A DNA stretch of 64,000 nucleotides from Podarcis pityusensis. Its lineage: Eukaryota. Made by a program: the position numbers and the translations under genes. This document shows, piece after piece, positions 34,751-47,924 of this stretch. Numbering within the stretch: position 1 is the first letter of the stretch; the number at the start of each line of letters is the position of its first letter. Where the stretch lies: the NCBI GenBank assembly GCA_964106645.2, contig OZ067042.1; one strand, 5' to 3'. The notes beneath the pieces were generated by a model. It ran no database searches. It saw nothing but the letters and a program-made list of their open reading frames with translations, and was not told where the DNA came from.

Positions 34751-37700
34751 TTAATTACATCTCCCAGAGCTCACATAGGCCACAGCATGGCATCATACCT
34801 GCAGGAGCCCTAGTCTAGAGTACTGACCCCTCAATTTGGATGCATACCTGTGATAGCCAGCAGACTTGTGACTGAGTGCTAGTATCAGGCCTTGCAGGGT
34901 GGGGGGCAGCCAGGTACACTTGTACTGGGCCTTGGAGGGCTAAGCTTATAAGCTTTTTTTGTTTGAGTTTAGAACTTTGCTCTGACAAGACTTCCACCCT
35001 TGGCCTCTGATCAGCTCCCTGCACCTGGGCGTGTAGCAACTTGCAACTGGGCTATGTGCCGTTTTGGAGCCTGTGCTTAACTGATTCACATTATCAACAG
35101 ATGTATAGAAAGAGTTCGAGTTTGTGGTGGAGCTGGAGTGGAAGCTTGCTAAGCATTCCTAAACTAGTGCAATATATTTGTCTTACATCCCCTTCATTCT
35201 AACGGTTTATTAAACTACAGCAGTCAAAACATGTAGAACTGAAATGTTAACCTATAAAGATGTGTTTGTCATAAATGGGGGGGGGGGGAATGCTATGATG
35301 AAACCACCGGTCAAAGGTCTTTCTTAATAATACTTCATTTATTATTCAGATAGACAAAATATGCTGCCAGAAAAGGCAGCTGTTGCCGTATTTTTAGTGG
35401 GCTGTTATTCTTCTTGTTGTTTTCCCTTATACATAGGGCTGGACACTCTTCTTATTAATATTTAATTATTTCAAAGCAGGAAATTCTTTCTGTACACCAC
35501 AGTTTATTAAGGCTGGGATGTAGGGCCAGGCTAAATGTTCTAAGGCTGCCATGTATTCATTCATTCATTCATTCATTCATTTCAGATACTATTTATTCCT
35601 CTCTTCAGTCCCAAAGGAATCCCAGAGTGGATTACAGACATTTTATTTTTTTAAGAGTAGAACACAAACATCAATAAAACTGCACAATGAGTGGGGGAAA
35701 ATGGTAGAGCAGGCATGGTACACAAGTGTTTAAATACAAATCTAGAGACTTAAAAGATATCAAAAGCTTGGACATTTAATTATCTTTCATATTGCATCCT
35801 AATACTTCTTCCAGAAACAAGTATGTGTATGTCTGGGGTTGTACTTTGATTCCATTTACCCCTTTATATGTCATAGAGGTGTTATGTTGTCAAATTAGTA
35901 CTACTTACAGAAACAGCCTTATTAGCGCTTGTAGTTGCTTAACTTCCTTTACTCTGTTGCCCTCTTGCTTTCTCCATTTGCTGTTGGGCTGAGTCACTTC
36001 CTAGTTATCGTTCTGTCTCCGTCCTTTCTGAGTCACTGAGTTATTCTTCCTGTCTGCTTTCCAACACCCCCTACTTAGTTTCACCCACGTTGATACAAAT
36101 GGGGTGTTGAGAAATAGCTGTCACAAAGGCACTGATGTGTCCCTAAAACTAGGAAAAGCTATTCCTCTATGGATTTCATGGAGGAAGAAACATTTGGGGA
36201 AGGGGGCACATTCCATTATGTTCCCTTTACTCTCAGCTTTCCAGTTAAACCTCTTCAGCCCACACCAGCAAAACTGTTAGGAGGAAAGACAGATGAACAG
36301 AAACATGACTATCACCTTTGTTTTTCAAATAGGTTGCATATTTACAGTACATTATATAAACTAAACTATAAACCAATAAGATAGGAGGTTGAGAAACATA
36401 TTGCCTGTGCTGTGACACATTTAGACTGAAGCACTAGAGCATGTAATGTATGTAATGTTCTGAGATGCCAATCATAGGATTCCCCCCATCACTAAGTGCT
36501 CATAGACCTCTTTGCACTTCACACTTCAGGTACTTGATGTGCCTATACAAATTCAATGAATTGATTTCCATCTAATAATGATATTTAAAGATTTTTAAAG
36601 TTCCAGTAACATGGGGCGTTGAAATTTAATTTGCTAACATGAGTGTATTTTAAAGTATACTCAGGGTATGGAAGTTGTGGCTGAAGGACACCCTGAAAGT
36701 TGTTGAGCTTTTTTAAAAAGAGCTCGATTTTTTAAATTAACTTTCCTATGATTCAGGACAAAGCGCCACATTCCTCTCGGACATCATTTCTGCCTTTGAA
36801 ATCCTGGACATATGGCAGCCCTGGTTTTCCTAAGCAACAGAACCTTCATAGCAGATTTATCTCTGTCCACCATAAAGTTGAGTTCCATATTGGAAGATAC
36901 TGTGCCAGTAGTAGACTAGCAACTGAAAGAGATTTAAATGTGAGCAAAAATAATACATCATTTCCTGCATAGGAACAGTAACTCCAAAAATGGTGAAAAG
37001 TGAGACGAAGACCTGGTCCACATTGAACACAAAGCCAAAACATGGCTTTGCATGAACAAGCATATGTGGGGCTCATGGAGCAAAACTCACAGCTGCTGCA
37101 CTCCCCAGGTGGTTTGGCTTAGCATCCTATCTATACCCCAGGTTGTGGTTTGTCTTGCTCCAGACAAACTAGTCTGGTTCAAGCATAAAGATCAGCCAAA
37201 CCTAATGGCTGGGCCGGCTCTGCATGGACTAATATGAGCATGGAGCTGCACAGAGAAGCCTTGATGGGCAAAGAAAGGAACACAGGCCTTGTGTTACCTA
37301 CAGTTGACCTTGTTTACTATCCCATGATACTAGAATGAATGTTCAGAGGATACTGAATTGTAGCTGGTTCTTCTATCAGCCTATAGGTGAATTCCTATCA
37401 GAGATGAATACTTACAATGGCTTACTTCAATAAAATTCTTAGGAACCCATCCCTAGGCCTAAGTAAGACATACAATCAACACAGTTTTGAACATGAGCTT
37501 TGGTGAAATCAAGCCCAGTCTCTGCTGGCCAGGGATATAAATAACTCCCAAAACAGTTGGGTATGCAGTACATGCCAGACAGAAAGAAACATGTAGGGCC
37601 ATATTACAGCAAACATAGAAGGTTTTAAAACAAAATTGGTGCAAGCCAAAAGCAAGGGTAAATGGCTATCTATGTGCATTTTTGAAATGAAACTCAGCAG

Positions 37701-38707
37701 GTGGAAGCATCCCACACATCCAAAAAGACACTGCACATCTGTGTGCTAAGGAAGTTTTTTAAGCCCTGCTGTTTTCTCTCAAATAGCTGTAATTACCTCT
37801 GAATCCCAGAAGAAAAGGTCTTAAAATCACAGCCTTTATAGGACATTGTCCACAATACAGCATCTATTACAAATTATTTTAAAGTTGGTCACTGCAAAAA
37901 CGTAGTGTAATTTTTCAAATTCAAAAGTTTCTGCTTTTAATTTCATCACATAAAATGTGATTCTTGCTGACTTTTCAATTTAAAAAAATCAAACTATGTT
38001 TTGGTCATTAATCCATGTAACAACTGTTAGAATCAAGGCAAAGCAAATAAACATAAAAACCTCTTTGAAATCAAATATTGATCTTCTGTTTTGTTTAGGA
38101 AATGCATTCCCCTTGTAAAGCTAACAGAGAAAAGTTAACAACTAGGCTGGAAATAGATTTAGATATAAATATACAAGACCATGCCACTGTCATGCATGCT
38201 CCGATAACATTTCAATTTGATGAGTGTATTTCATTGTAGTTGATGCTGCTCATGAAAAAGTTTGGGAAATTTCAATTGCTTCATAATATGGCAGCCCTCC
38301 CTTTTACCTGGGAAGGGCCACTGGTAGGAAATGACAATTCTATCAGATTAGATTCTCTCACTGTCTACTTTCTTCAATCTTAAATTCAGTTTTCCACATT
38401 TCTGCAGCATTTTTTTATTCTTCCCCCTAAAAATGCTGATGAAAATTTATCATAATACACTTTTTTGTGAGCAATTTCCTTTGCTTACAGGAGTGTGGGC
38501 CAACATGTTTCTGTGAAATTTTCAGAGCAGGTTAGTTTACCTACATTTCAGGCTAAGGGGTGGCTTTGAGCAATTTATAGTTCATCTTTCAGTTCATTGT
38601 CTTATGTTTTTTATTTCTCAGTTTAGACTGTTTGGGCCTTTAAGCTTAAAGGTCACAATTGTTGGGGGGAAATGAAAGAAAAAATGCAAATAATAATTCA
38701 CATAATA

Positions 38708-38926
38708 CAGTGGTACCTCTAGTTATGAACTTAATTCGTTCCAGAGGTCCGTTCTTAACCTGAAGCTGTTCTTAACTAGAGGTGTGCTAATGGGGGCTCT
38801 TGCTGCCGCTACGCTGCCGGCACACGATTTCCATTCTCATCCTGGGGCAAAGTTCTCAACGCAGAGTAACTCTTCCAGGTTAGTAGAGTTTGTAACCTGA
38901 AGCATTTGTAACTCGAGGTACCATTG
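38708..38926. mobile_element. Tigger/pogo-like MITE
   Basis: TA|cagtggtacctctagtta...taactcgaggtaccattg|TA. Confidence 0.9.
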
Positions 38927-39083
38927 TAGTAATAATAAATACACATTTCAGTGTGTGTGCTGATGTTTTATTAGTCATCTTAAGTACATTTTCCACATCT
39001 GCACAACAGCTTGTAAATTCTGATTTGTCAAGGATCATTTAGATGAACTTGAATTAAACTGTGAATGGGATGTGAATTGAATA

Positions 39084-40810
39084 TAATAATAATAATAATA
39101 ACTTATTATTTGTACCCCGCCCATCTGGCTGGGTTTCCCCAGCCACTCTGGGCAGCTTCCACAGAAACCAAAAATACACTAAAATCACACATCAAAAACT
39201 TCCCTGATGTCCTTAAGATGTCTTCTGAATGTCAGGTAGTTGTTTATCGCTTTGACATCTGATGGGAGGGCGTTCCACAGGGCGGGCGCCACTACCGAGA
39301 AGGCCCTCTGCCTGGTTCCCTGTAGCTTTTCTTCTCGCAATGAGGGAACCGCCAGAAGGCCCTCGGCACTGGATCTCAGCATCCGGGCAGAACGATGGGG
39401 GTGGAGACGCTCCTTCAGGTATACTGGGCCGAGGCCATTTAGGTCAACACCATCACTTTGAATTGTGCTCGGAAATGTACTGGGAGCCAATGTAGGTCTT
39501 TCAAGACCGGTGTTATGTGGTCTCGGCGGCCGCCTCCAGTCACCAGTCTAGCTGCCGCATTCTGGATTAGTTGTAGTTTCCGGTTCACCTTCAAAGGTAG
39601 CCCCACGTAGATCGCATTGCAGTAGTCCAAGCGGGAGATAACTAGAGCATGCACCACTCTGGCGAGACAGTCCGCGGGCAGGTAGGGTCTCAGCCTGTGT
39701 ACCAGGTGGAGTTGGTAGACAGCTGCCCTGGATACAGAATTGACCTGTGCCTCCATGGACAGCTGTGAGTCCAAAATGACTCCCAGGCTGCGCACCTGGT
39801 CCTTCAGGGGCACAGCTACCCCATTCAAGACCAGGGAGTCCTCCACACCAGCCCGCCCCCTGTCCCCCCAAAACAGTACTTCTGTCTTGTCAGGATTCAA
39901 CCTCAATCCATTAGCCGCCATCCATCCTCCAACCGCCTCCAGGCACTCACACAGGACCTTCACCGTCTTCACTGGTTCTGATTTGAAAGAGAGGTAGAGC
40001 TGGGTATCATCTGCATATTGATGGACACCCAGTCCAAACCCCCTGATGATCTCTCCCAGTGGCTTCATATAGATGTTAAAAAGCATGGGGGAGAGGACGG
40101 AACCCTGAGGCACCCCACAAGTGAGGGTCCAGGGGTCTGAACACTCATCCCCCACCACCACTCTCTGAACACGGCCCCGGAGGAAGGAGTGAAACCACTG
40201 TATAACAGTGCCCCCAGCTCCCAGCCCCTCTAGACGGTCCAGAAGGATGTTATGGTCGATTGTATCATAGGCCGCTGAGAGATCCAGCAGAACTAGGAAA
40301 CAGCTCTCACCTTTGTCCCTAGCTCACCGGAGATCATCAACCAGTGCGACCAAGGCAGTTTCAGTCCCATGATGAGGCCTGAATCCCAATTGGAAGGGAT
40401 CCAAATGGTCCATATCCTCCAGGCGTGCCTGGAGTTGTTCAGCAACCACTCACTCAATCACCTTGCCCAAGAATGGAAGATTTGAGACTGGGCGATAGTT
40501 GGCCATACTGGCTGGGTCTAAAGATGGTTTTTTAAGAAGCGGTTTAATGACTGCCTCTTTCAGCGGATCTGGGAATGTTCCCTCACAGAGGTAAGCATTC
40601 ACCACCCCGCAGAGCCCATCGCCCAGCCCTTCCCGGCTTGCTTTTATTAGCCAGGATGTGCAAGGATCAAGGAGACAGGTGGTTGGTTTCACACGTCCAA
40701 GCAGCCTGTCCACATCCTTGGGGGTAACGGATTGAAATTGATTCCATGCAACTTGACCAGACAGGGCTCCAGCACTCTCCTGCCCCAGCCCTGCTCCCAC
40801 GGTGGTGTCT
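39084..40810 (-). mobile_element. L2 LINE, 5'-truncated, with most of the RT domain
   Basis: ORFs 40450-40800 (PLLKKPSLDP..NYRPVSNLPFLGKVIE), 39439-40161 (GVPQGSVLSP..YADDTQLY..LRLNPDKTE..ISRLDYCN..HITPVLKDLHWLPV) and 39185-39490 (RAFSVVAPALWNALP). (ATT)n tail. Confidence 0.97.
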
Positions 40811-41165
40811 TTTGAACTATTGAACTATATATTTTGGAAAGGGACAAACATGAACTGAACTCAGTTCCTTTTTGACACACTGAGGTTGAACTAGATGATG
40901 TTTGTTTTTAAAATGAACTTTCTAAACTTTTTGAGAGCTGCACCATTGGTGATCCTCACACCTTTCTGTGCTTCAAACAATACTACACGTGGTTGCGGCA
41001 TGATTATCTCTATTGAGTCTTAGTTGTGTTTCTGGTTCTGGAAGCTCGAAGGCTGCAGAGAGAGCTGTGCAACAACTACACAATGTTCTTTTTTAAATTC
41101 TGCAAGGAAGGACAGTTGAGAGTGTGCAAAGGGAGCAGTGTGATATCCACACAAGGTTTTGACAT

Positions 41166-41337
41166 AAAGGTAAAGGGTCCCCTGACCATTAGGTCCAGTC
41201 GTGACCAACTCTGGGGTTGCGGCGCTCATTTCACTTTATTGGGAGCCGACGTTCAGCTTCCAGGCCAGCATGACTAAGTGGCCAGCATGACTAAGCCGCT
41301 TCCATGTGGCCAGCATGACTAAGCCGCTTCTGGCGAA
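41166..41337 (-). mobile_element. 5'-truncated Sauria SINE with internal triplication
   Basis: aaaggtaaagggtcccctgaccattaggtccag tail; ggccagcatgactaag occurs three times. Confidence 0.9.
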
Positions 41338-42952
41338 TCCACCCCCTTAACCATCTTGCTACTGAAACTTAAGGTATGCCCTGAAAACCACTTCTCAAAG
41401 CAGTCAAAATTCCTCCTCATTTTTGTGAGAGAAGGAAATTGTTCCCCCAAAATGAGTGAGAAACTTGGCCCGTCTTTAGTGTTAATGAGACCATGACCAT
41501 TGGCTATATTGGCTGGGACTGATGGGTGTCCAGCAACATGAGGAGGATTCCACGTTGGCTGCCCCAGTTATAAAGCCTACATTGCTTGGTTCTGAGATAT
41601 CCTTTGGAATTAATGCCTATTCCTGTAAGAACACCACTGGTCTCAGTGAAGTAAAATGAACTGGATAATATTTGTTGCAGGCTTGTGCAATGTCAGAGGA
41701 AAGGTTTGCCTCGCATATGATTGCATTATATTATGCAAGCAGTAGCAGCAACACCAACTATCACAATGGGGGTAGGCAAACTGGAAAGTGAAGGGAGAAA
41801 AACAAAGTTTGTGTATGGTTTGGAGATTCTCCCACAGTCTGTTAGTTGGGGAGGTTCTGTGTATTTATCACCCAAAGTGTTGGCTGGGGGCCTCTAATAA
41901 CAAATAGGCCTCTAATAACTCATCACAGACTGTAAAAGGATTGCAACAAAAATACAATGAGATGTATGAACAGTATGAAAAGAACCAGCTGACAAAGTTA
42001 TTGTAGCACAGACAATTCTATTTAGGAAAAATAACTGTGCATTGCTCTTTAACTGGGGAAAGGAAAGTAGCCATGGCAATGTCTGGTTTATCCTAATATT
42101 GGGTTATAAACTGGAAATCTTCTGTATGTATAGGCATGCATGTGACAGTAGAGACTATGGGGCTTGGACTTGGGCCTCATTCTTTAAGTTTGGGACCTAG
42201 CATAGTGTACTCTAGACTATGCGTAATCAGCCCTCAGAACCTCATTCAGGCATACAATGATGAAACGGTACAATGAGCTCCAGTCATTGGCAGTAGGTGT
42301 ATCACCTTTAATTGTTGATTAATCCTTTGGATTAATGTATTAAAATCCAAAAAGGTGTCCCTGATTATTGGGGCAGACATTAAAGAAAGATAACTTACTT
42401 TTAATATAAGACTACAGACAGCACGCCCCATCTTGGAAGAGACAGTCACCCTTCACATTCACACAAGAGGGAATGTCCTTAGCATTGTCATTTTGCTGCA
42501 GAGTTTGCTTCAGCAGGAGGAAAACCTGTATATCTTCCTGCTTGATCCTATTGTAGCTATTAAATGTCTGCCATTATTTGACCTAAACAGATAGAGGTTA
42601 ATTGAACTTGAGGCTAAAGCATAATTGCCCAAGTACAATTTAAATTATCAAGACAAAGACCATGTTTAAAATGGAAGTATCCACTTATCCTTAGTGAGTA
42701 TAAGATAGACTATTCTTGAAATACATTATAAATAATTTTCCTATTAGGCCTCAAATTATTTCAGACTTTCCAAAGTATAAACATTTGTCAGGTGGACTTA
42801 TGACAGACAAAACAAGTAAAAAATAAAATGCAGTTATGTTGGGTCAGAGATTTATCTAAATTATGTATTTTATTATTTTTGAAAAACAACAACTCAAATT
42901 ACTATTTGTGTTAAATGGGGATTAACATTTCAGACTCCTCAAGAAGAATCTT

Positions 42953-43935
42953 TTTTTTTATATATAATTTTTTTTATTAAGGTTTTAAACAAAGAAAAAA
43001 GAAAAACATCACACACAAAAAACAATACAAAACTTAACAATAAAAACATAAAACATAACAATTAAAAACAAACTCTCTTTTCCATTTCCAATTTTAAATT
43101 ACTTATTTTCTGGACTTCCTCATACCTCCCTCTTTTGTATTCCAATCCACATTATTTGTCCAGCAGTTTCTTTTCCACTTTTTTATCCCAATCTTTAATT
43201 TAATAAAATGTTAAAATATATAACTTCAACTTTTTTTTTAAAAAACCTAATCCTTACTCTTAATGTCATATAGCTTTAAATTTTTCCCTTTTATTATCAA
43301 ATTTCCATTTCTTTAAACATCTTTAATCTTAATCTTTAATCTTAATCTATCCTTAACTTTAACCTGTACAGCTGGAAACCACTTATTTTCAATCCAACAT
43401 CACTCTAACATTCCTTAATTTTGCAGTGTTTCTGAAGATAGTCTTTGAATTTCTTCCAGTCTTCCTCCATCGACTCTTCTCCCTGGTCATGGATTCTGCC
43501 AGTCATTTCCGCCAATTCCATATAGTCCATAAGTTTCATCTGCCATTCCTCCAGCGTGGGAAGTTCTTGTGTCTTCCAATACTTTGCGATGAGTATTCTT
43601 GCTGCTGTTGTTGCATACATAAAGAAAGTTCTATCCTTTTTTAACACCATTTGGCCCACTATGCCCAGGAGAAAGGCCTCTGGTTTCTTGGGGAAGGTAT
43701 ACTTAAATACCTTTTTAAATTCATTATATATCATTTCCCAGAAAGCCTTAATCTTTGGGCACGTCCACCAAAGGTGAAAAAATGTATCTTCAGTTTCTTT
43801 ACATTTCCAACATTTGTTATCGGGCAAGTGATAGATTTTCGCAAGCTTGACTGGGGTTATGTACCACCTGTATATCATTTTCATAATATTCTCTCTTAAG
43901 GCATTACATGCCGTAAATTTCATACCTGTGGTCAT
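42953..43935 (-). mobile_element. L1-clade LINE 3' end (ORF2 C-terminus, 3' UTR, polyA)
   Basis: Open frame with zinc knuckle CWKCKETEDTFFHLWWTC. Perfect 15-bp TSD ctcaagaagaatctt at 42938-42952 and 43936-43950. Confidence 0.95.
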
Positions 43936-44051
43936 CTCAAGAAGAATCTTCCTTTGTCTCCACAATACTAACCTTTGATAAAAAAACCTTTCTGATTATA
44001 TCATATCTGCAGGTTCTGGCCCACAACAAATACTGTCAATTTTGAAGTCAC

Positions 44052-44291
44052 AGGTATAGATTCTGACTAAATATAGGTACAGATTCTGACTAAACATGAG
44101 AAAGAACTTTCTGATGGTATGAGCTGTTCAACAGTGGAACAAACTCCCTCAGAACATGGTGGACTCATTGGAGGTTTTTAAGCAGAGGTTGGATTTTCAT
44201 CTGCTATGGGTGCTTTAGTTGAGATTCCTGAATCGCATGTGGGTTGGACTAGATGAACCTCAGGGTCCCTTCCAACTCTATGATTCTATGA
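44052..44291 (+). mobile_element. CR1 LINE 3' end
   Basis: aagaactttctga..acagtggaac..ggaggtttttaagcagaggttgga..gggttggactagatga..ggtcccttccaactctatgattctatga, with the CR1 octamer tail. Confidence 0.9.
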
Positions 44292-44902
44292 AAAGCAGCA
44301 AAACAGAGCATGAAAGTCAGATTTCATGATTTGGTGAGAGAAGAGAGTTTTGTATATCTGAGTTTGACATGTAAGAAGTGAAAATGTATCAAATGGCATA
44401 GAATTCTTATCTTCTTTACCCTTAGAAATGTGTAATTTGTGTGTGTGTGAGAGTCCCGTGGCACTTATTGTAACAACATGGTGAGTACCAGCACCAATTT
44501 TTCTAGAAAAAAGCACTGCCTGTAGGTTATTTGAGAAAGCTGCGCAGGAATACAGTGCTGCCTATGCTGAATTTTTAAGAAGCATTCCTTTATATAGGCT
44601 GAGATTGATTTGTAGGACTTAGGATTCCCATATTGCATTCCACTTAGAGTCATCTATTTTTAATTGTAGGTCCTTCTCCCAGGTAAATGTGAAACCTAAT
44701 AGGCCCATAGAAGTATCAAGAAGCTTGTGCTCTGAGAATAGGATCAGCCAATAAATGCTGGAACTGACAAATACGCAGCCAATTAAGCCCTGGACCTCCA
44801 ACGACTAGGCTGACTTGTTCAGTATAAATTGGAGTACCATTGTTATAAAAGTTACATGAGCTGAACAAGTTCTTTTTCTGTTCTACCACAATAAAATAAT
44901 TA

Positions 44903-45229
44903 CAGTGGTACCTCGCAAGACGAATGCCTCGCAAGACGAAAAACTCGCAAGATGAAAGAGTTTTTCGTTTTTTGAGTTGCTTCGCAAGACGAATTTCCCT
45001 ATGGGCTTGCTTCGCAAGACGAAAAACGAAAACGTCTTGCAAGTTTGTTTCCTTTTTCTTAAAACCGTTAATACCCAGGGTGACTTCAAGGAGCAACTCA
45101 TAGCACGCGGTGTGGTAGCCTTTTTTGAGGTTTTTGAAGACTTTGGGAAACTGTGCTTCGCAAGACGAAAAATTCGCAAGACGAAAAAACTCGCAGAACG
45201 AATTAATTTCGTCTTGCGAGGCACCACTG
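44903..45229. mobile_element. Tigger/pogo-like MITE, CGCAAGACGAA subfamily
   Basis: TA flanks, 22-bp TIR cagtggtacctcgcaagacgaa with one mismatch, many internal copies of cgcaagacgaa. Confidence 0.92.
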
Positions 45230-46341
45230 TATCTGCAAACCCACATCTGTAACCTGGAGCCTAGTGGCTGGAGTGCTTAACAAACTGGAGAAAAGCAGCA
45301 CTGCCATTTTCCCCCAAGATCCTCAGTGTGTTTAGAGTGCGTGGATTATGTATAGGTTGCAGAACAGAAGGACACAGATTAAACGATGGCAAGACACAGA
45401 AATCCTTTTCTTGTATCATACACAGCAGTTTTGAAAGGTTTATTTCTTCATCTTAATTAAAAATTGTGTCCAGCTGTATCCAAACATAGACAAAAACCTG
45501 CTCATTGATCAAACCCTGCCCAAATAAATACAGAAGTTAAATTACTTCTTTACATTACTGGAAAGAACAGCAGATGGTATTTTGAGGAGTTAAGACTGGT
45601 ATCAGGTGGGATACTTGAATGCTGAAAATGAATTATTTAGAAATCTTTCAGTGTTGTAACCTGTGAGGTAACCTGCCAGCTGTTTGATCTATGAATGTCC
45701 TCCTTGTGAGGACAGAGGCAAGGTATTTCCCCTCTCTGCTAGAATGCATTCACTTGTTGTAGGGACTTCTACTGTGTAAAACTTATTTCTCCAAAATTAT
45801 TGCAGTCAGATTATTTTTCTGTACTAGCAGCAGCCCTATGATAACTACCACTATATTTTACAGGAAAAGCAAATCCTTGGGTAATGTAGCCATGTGGAAA
45901 ACACATGGGCTAAAAACTCATTTGGGAAAGGGAGCTGAGGATTTTTATAACAAAATCCATAGCCTGAGAAATGCTGGGAGGAAAACTTGAGGTCAATTAA
46001 ATTAATTAATCAATTTAATTAATTTTGCATATGGCTATAAGTATGGAGGGGGAAAGGGATACTTTCTCTAATTTTTCACTTAAATGTGAATGTGCAAAGG
46101 AATGCATTTTCTTAGATAGTACTTGCCACCCATGTCTTTGTCTTTTATGAGAAATAATTAAGAGTTTTGAGGAAAGCATCTGCTTTATGATTAGGGACAT
46201 TAGAGGAATCTGTTGAAAACATACTAAAGCAAATTTCCTCCCAGCTACTCATTAGGCTACATTGCAGAATGACTCCTGTGAAAAATATTTGCCTTACTTC
46301 TCTGCTCTGAACCTTTTTTAAACCTGCATACCTATTCTATG

Positions 46342-46431
46342 CATAGCTGTCAATGTTTCCCTTTTTTAAAGGGAAATTCCCTTATTCCGAATAGGATTTC
46401 CCTTAAAAAAAGGGAAAAGTTGACAGCTTTG
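46342..46431. mobile_element. 90-bp fully palindromic hAT MITE
   Basis: catagctgtcaa..tttcccttttttaaagggaaat / atttcccttaaaaaaagggaaaa.ttgacagctttg, TSD attctatg/attatatg (7/8). Confidence 0.85.
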
Positions 46432-47734
46432 ATTATATGTGGTGCCGTCATTATTGATGAACAAGAGTTACACTTGTCAAAGTATGTTACACTGAGGAGT
46501 CCAGATTTTGAGAAGGATAATGTGTAAAAGCTTTGACTCAAGGCAGACATGCAGATAACAATCAATGGACAAGGCAGTAATCTACTTAAGAATGCTGCTC
46601 TAAAGCTTTGACAAATTGAAACAAACTTAGATTAATAAATGTCAAAGTGTTAAAAGATGTTGCACAGGTACTGGAAAATTGAGATGTTTGTAAAACAGCA
46701 TAATAATTGGGGGATTATTTTGGTACTGGTCATCAATAAAATGGATTGTATCACAAAGTTAAGTACTTACTACATAATGAATTTTTCTTAGTATATTGGA
46801 AAGGCACGTGTGGACTGGTTAGGGACTCTTAGGGTTTCAGTAGCTGGGATTGAGGACAATGCAGAGATCTAGTTTCTTCCAAAGAGCCTAGGGCTGTTGA
46901 ACCAGGCCCTTCTGAAAGCATTTGTGGTACTCCAGAGGCCAGTGACCGGGGAAAACAAAAAGTATAGAATCATCAAGAGTACAGTCATTAAAGTACTGTC
47001 TGTACATAGTTGCTGTTTGGATATAATTCCCACTGCCAAATAATTCACAGATAGGCATTTCCATTCCACATTTTTATATTAGTTTTATTCATTTTCCTAC
47101 CTTGAGGGGGGGGGGCTAACTAGAATTACCTCACAACGTAAGAACCACAGACATTAAAAGACTGCAAAGCCTTGAGAAGTAAATATGTTATACGCCATAA
47201 TGTTTTTCTCCTTATTTGTTTAACCACCACTTTCCTTGGCTATTGAATTACCAAGGGAATACTGGAGCTAGATATCTAAGATACCCTTTGAATTGCTGTG
47301 TGCTTTTAAGGCAAGTAAGTGCAAAGCTTCAAATGCTTTCTTAAATGAAGATGGAGAAAATGCTTTTGACGTATAATGCTGTATGCAGCCTATGAAAAGT
47401 ATAATGATTCACATTTATTTGATGAAGGCTTTGTTCGCATTTCCGATCAGCATCCCCACACTGGAGATATAGTGATCCTCTGGGATGTCTCCAAGCTGTA
47501 TTTGGCCCAGAGTTCTGAATCACAGACACTAAGTACTCAGTGAGCAAATTAGCAGGAAAAGTCAAGAAAATAAACTTAATAAGAGGGGAACAGAACATTA
47601 CAGCTATGAGATAATGAGTAAATGTACTTTTTATTTAGGGAATTTAATGTGTGGTCAGACACCAGTGTACACATTATATAGGTGTTTATAACTGATGTAT
47701 GTAGCCTGAGCCCCTAAGAGCAGATATTATTGCA

Positions 47735-47924
47735 CATAAGAGCCAACTCCTAGGGGCCATGGGGGCTTCGGCCCCTGCAATAAAACATTTGAGGGGGCCA
47801 CCCTCTCCAGTTGATGGGCATTGCCATTCAAATGGTGGGCGTACACCATGTCATGTGATTGATCATACAGGGTTGCGCATACTTGGTCCCCCTCCCCAAT
47901 ATTTTATTCAAGTTGGCACCCCTG
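47735..47924. mobile_element. hAT-type MITE
   Basis: Ends cataagagccaact / agttggcacccctg, perfect 8-bp TSD ttattgca at 47727-47734 and 47925-47932. Confidence 0.85.

Noticed and set aside
39746-39766. REST/RE1-like ccatggacagc in the L2
   Set aside because: Only the right half-site matches; the TTCAGCACC half is absent.
44914-45200. Repeated 11-mers with variable spacing, superficially CRISPR-like
   Set aside because: Repeats are too short and irregular, lie inside a TA-flanked MITE with TIRs in a eukaryotic genome, and have no cas genes nearby.
44716-45246. 176-aa and 114-aa ORFs
   Set aside because: Read-through of the repetitive CGCAAGACGAA MITE; no transposase motifs.
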